NCBI RefSeq assembly: GCF_009914755.1 | Contig: NC_060932.1 | Reading direction: 5' to 3' (one strand) | DNA: 64,000 nt | From: the human T2T-CHM13v2.0 reference genome, Homo sapiens | Shown here: positions 63,081 through 64,000 of the stretch, piece after piece | How positions within the stretch are numbered: the stretch's first letter is position 1 | Layout: each line of letters begins with the position of its first letter | Made by a program: the position numbers and the translations under genes | The notes under the pieces: model-generated | Told to the model about the DNA's origin: nothing | The model's input: the letters and a program-made list of their open reading frames with translations, nothing else | Database searches by the model: none

Positions 63081-64000
63081 TGGAGCCTCCCAAGAAGGCC
63101 TCTCCCATTCCAGAAGCCCCCAGAACTGTCCAGGACGTGCTGTAAAGCTTCAGGTTTTGAAGCAGGGTGCCTGTGTCTCAAGCAGAAGGCTCCCACTAGC
63201 AAAATTGGGGACGTAGGGTGGTATGAGCAGGCCTCAAGGACTCAGAGGGACGTTTAGCCATGCAGAGCAAAGAAACATTGAGACCGCAGGTTATACTGGG
63301 AGCCTTTCAAAGAGGCCTCTGCCATCCCATTAGCCTTCAGGGTTGTCCCGGGAGGGCTGTAAAGCCGCAGGAGTTGGAGCAGGGTGCCTAAGCCTCTGGA
63401 AGAAGGCCCCTCACAAGGGAAAACAGGGCTGCAGGGTTGGGTGGGCGGGTTGCAGGACAGAGTTGGCGGGCCACACGGACTCAGGGGGCATTGAGGCAAG
63501 AAGAGGGGAGATGCGGTGAGACCGCAGGGAATCCTGGGAGCCTCTCCCATCCCAGAAGACCTAAGAGCTGTCCCGGGCTGTGCGTAAAGCACCAGGGTTT
63601 GGTGCAGGGTCCGTTGTCTCTCACGGAACGCCTCCACAAGCAAAAATGGAATCGCAGGGTGGCATAGGTGTGCCGCAGGGTCTCATGGGGATGTTGAGGC
63701 AAGCAGACAGAAAAAGCAGCCAGACCGCAGGGAATGCTGGGGGCCTCGCATGGAAGCCTCTCCCATCCCAGAAGACCCCTGGGCTCCCCTGGGCAGGGTA
63801 TAAGCACCAGGCTTTGGATCAGCGTGCCTCTGTCTCTCGCGGAAAGCTCCCATGAGAGAAACGGGGCTGCAGTGTGGCGTGGCTGGGCTGCAGGGACTCA
63901 GAGGGACATTGAGACAGGCAGTAGGAAGAAGCGGCATGACCGCAGCGAATGCTGGAAGCCTCCCAAGGATGCCTGTCCCATATCAGATGCCCCCAGGTCT

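Larger units (their letters stand above)
1..64000. repeat. Gamma-satellite tandem array (~217-bp GC-rich monomer, ~295 copies; GSAT/GSATII/GSATX family, likely GSATII-like), running off both window ends
   Basis: Motifs such as CAGGGAATGCTGGGAGCCTCCCAAGGAGGCCTCTCCCATCCCAGAAGCCCC and CTGTAAAGCCCCAGGCTTTGGAGCAGGGTGCCTGTGTCTC recur every ~217 bp throughout (seen directly). Family assignment rests on monomer length, GC richness and recalled similarity to primate gamma-satellite consensus. Subfamily needs RepeatMasker/Dfam confirmation. Confidence 0.92.
43440..64000 (+). repeat. Satellite domain 4, G-rich strand on plus
   Basis: Continuous plus-orientation monomers to the window end. Confidence 0.95.

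Noticed and set aside
1-64000. Hundreds of ORFs of 60-342 aa on both strands
   Set aside because: All are translations of the same monomer in rotating frames (recurrent GNAGSLPRRPLPSQKPPGLS, LEQGACVS, WEAPSIPC). They overlap in several frames, are broken by random stops and indels, and resemble no protein family I recognise.
1-64000. CRISPR-like or cassette/integron-like array
   Set aside because: There are no unique spacers or cassettes; the whole 217-bp unit is homologous between copies. No cas or integrase gene is present, and the sequence is eukaryotic satellite.
1-64000. Alpha satellite, HSat2/3, beta satellite or rDNA/5S/tRNA tandem array
   Set aside because: The period (~217 bp) and high GC do not fit 171-bp AT-rich alphoid, (CATTC)n or 68-bp beta satellite. 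No rRNA or tRNA structure is recognisable.

Overview
The whole 64-kb window is one primate-type, GC-rich pericentromeric tandem array. It holds about 295 diverged copies of a ~217-bp monomer (consensus read from the window: GGGACTCAGGGGGACGTTGAGGCAGGCAGAGGGGAGAAGCGGCGAGACCGCAGGGAATGCTGGGAGCCTCCCAAGGAGGCCTCTCCCATCCCAGAAGCCCCCAGGGCTGTCCCGGGCGGGCTGTAAAGCCCCAGGCTTTGGAGCAGGGTGCCTGTGTCTCTCGCGGAAGGCCCCCACAAGCGAAAACGGGGCCGCAGGGTGGCGTGGGCGGGCCGCA), which I recognise as gamma satellite (GSAT/GSATII/GSATX family, probably GSATII-like; subfamily, species and chromosome unverified). I see no credible genes, RNA genes, CRISPR array or interspersed transposons. All listed ORFs are translations of the same monomer, so I cannot support a novel coding system here. 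The interest is architectural. (1) The array switches orientation at ~5025. (2) A ~2.1-kb inverted block (33784-35901) has both ends at the same monomer phase and is bracketed by AGCC, which fits an integrated satellite circle better than a simple inversion. (3) A 179-bp inverted insertion (43263-43441) traces to a monomer ~0.7 kb upstream. (4) Ordered monomer subtypes suggest a decayed ~5-mer higher-order repeat, with several old internal duplications and an 18-kb domain lacking one subtype. (5) A strand-polarised G-quadruplex-type motif in the monomer coincides with a recurrent 21-bp slippage hotspot. All alignments were done by eye, and block coordinates are approximate unless junction bases are quoted.
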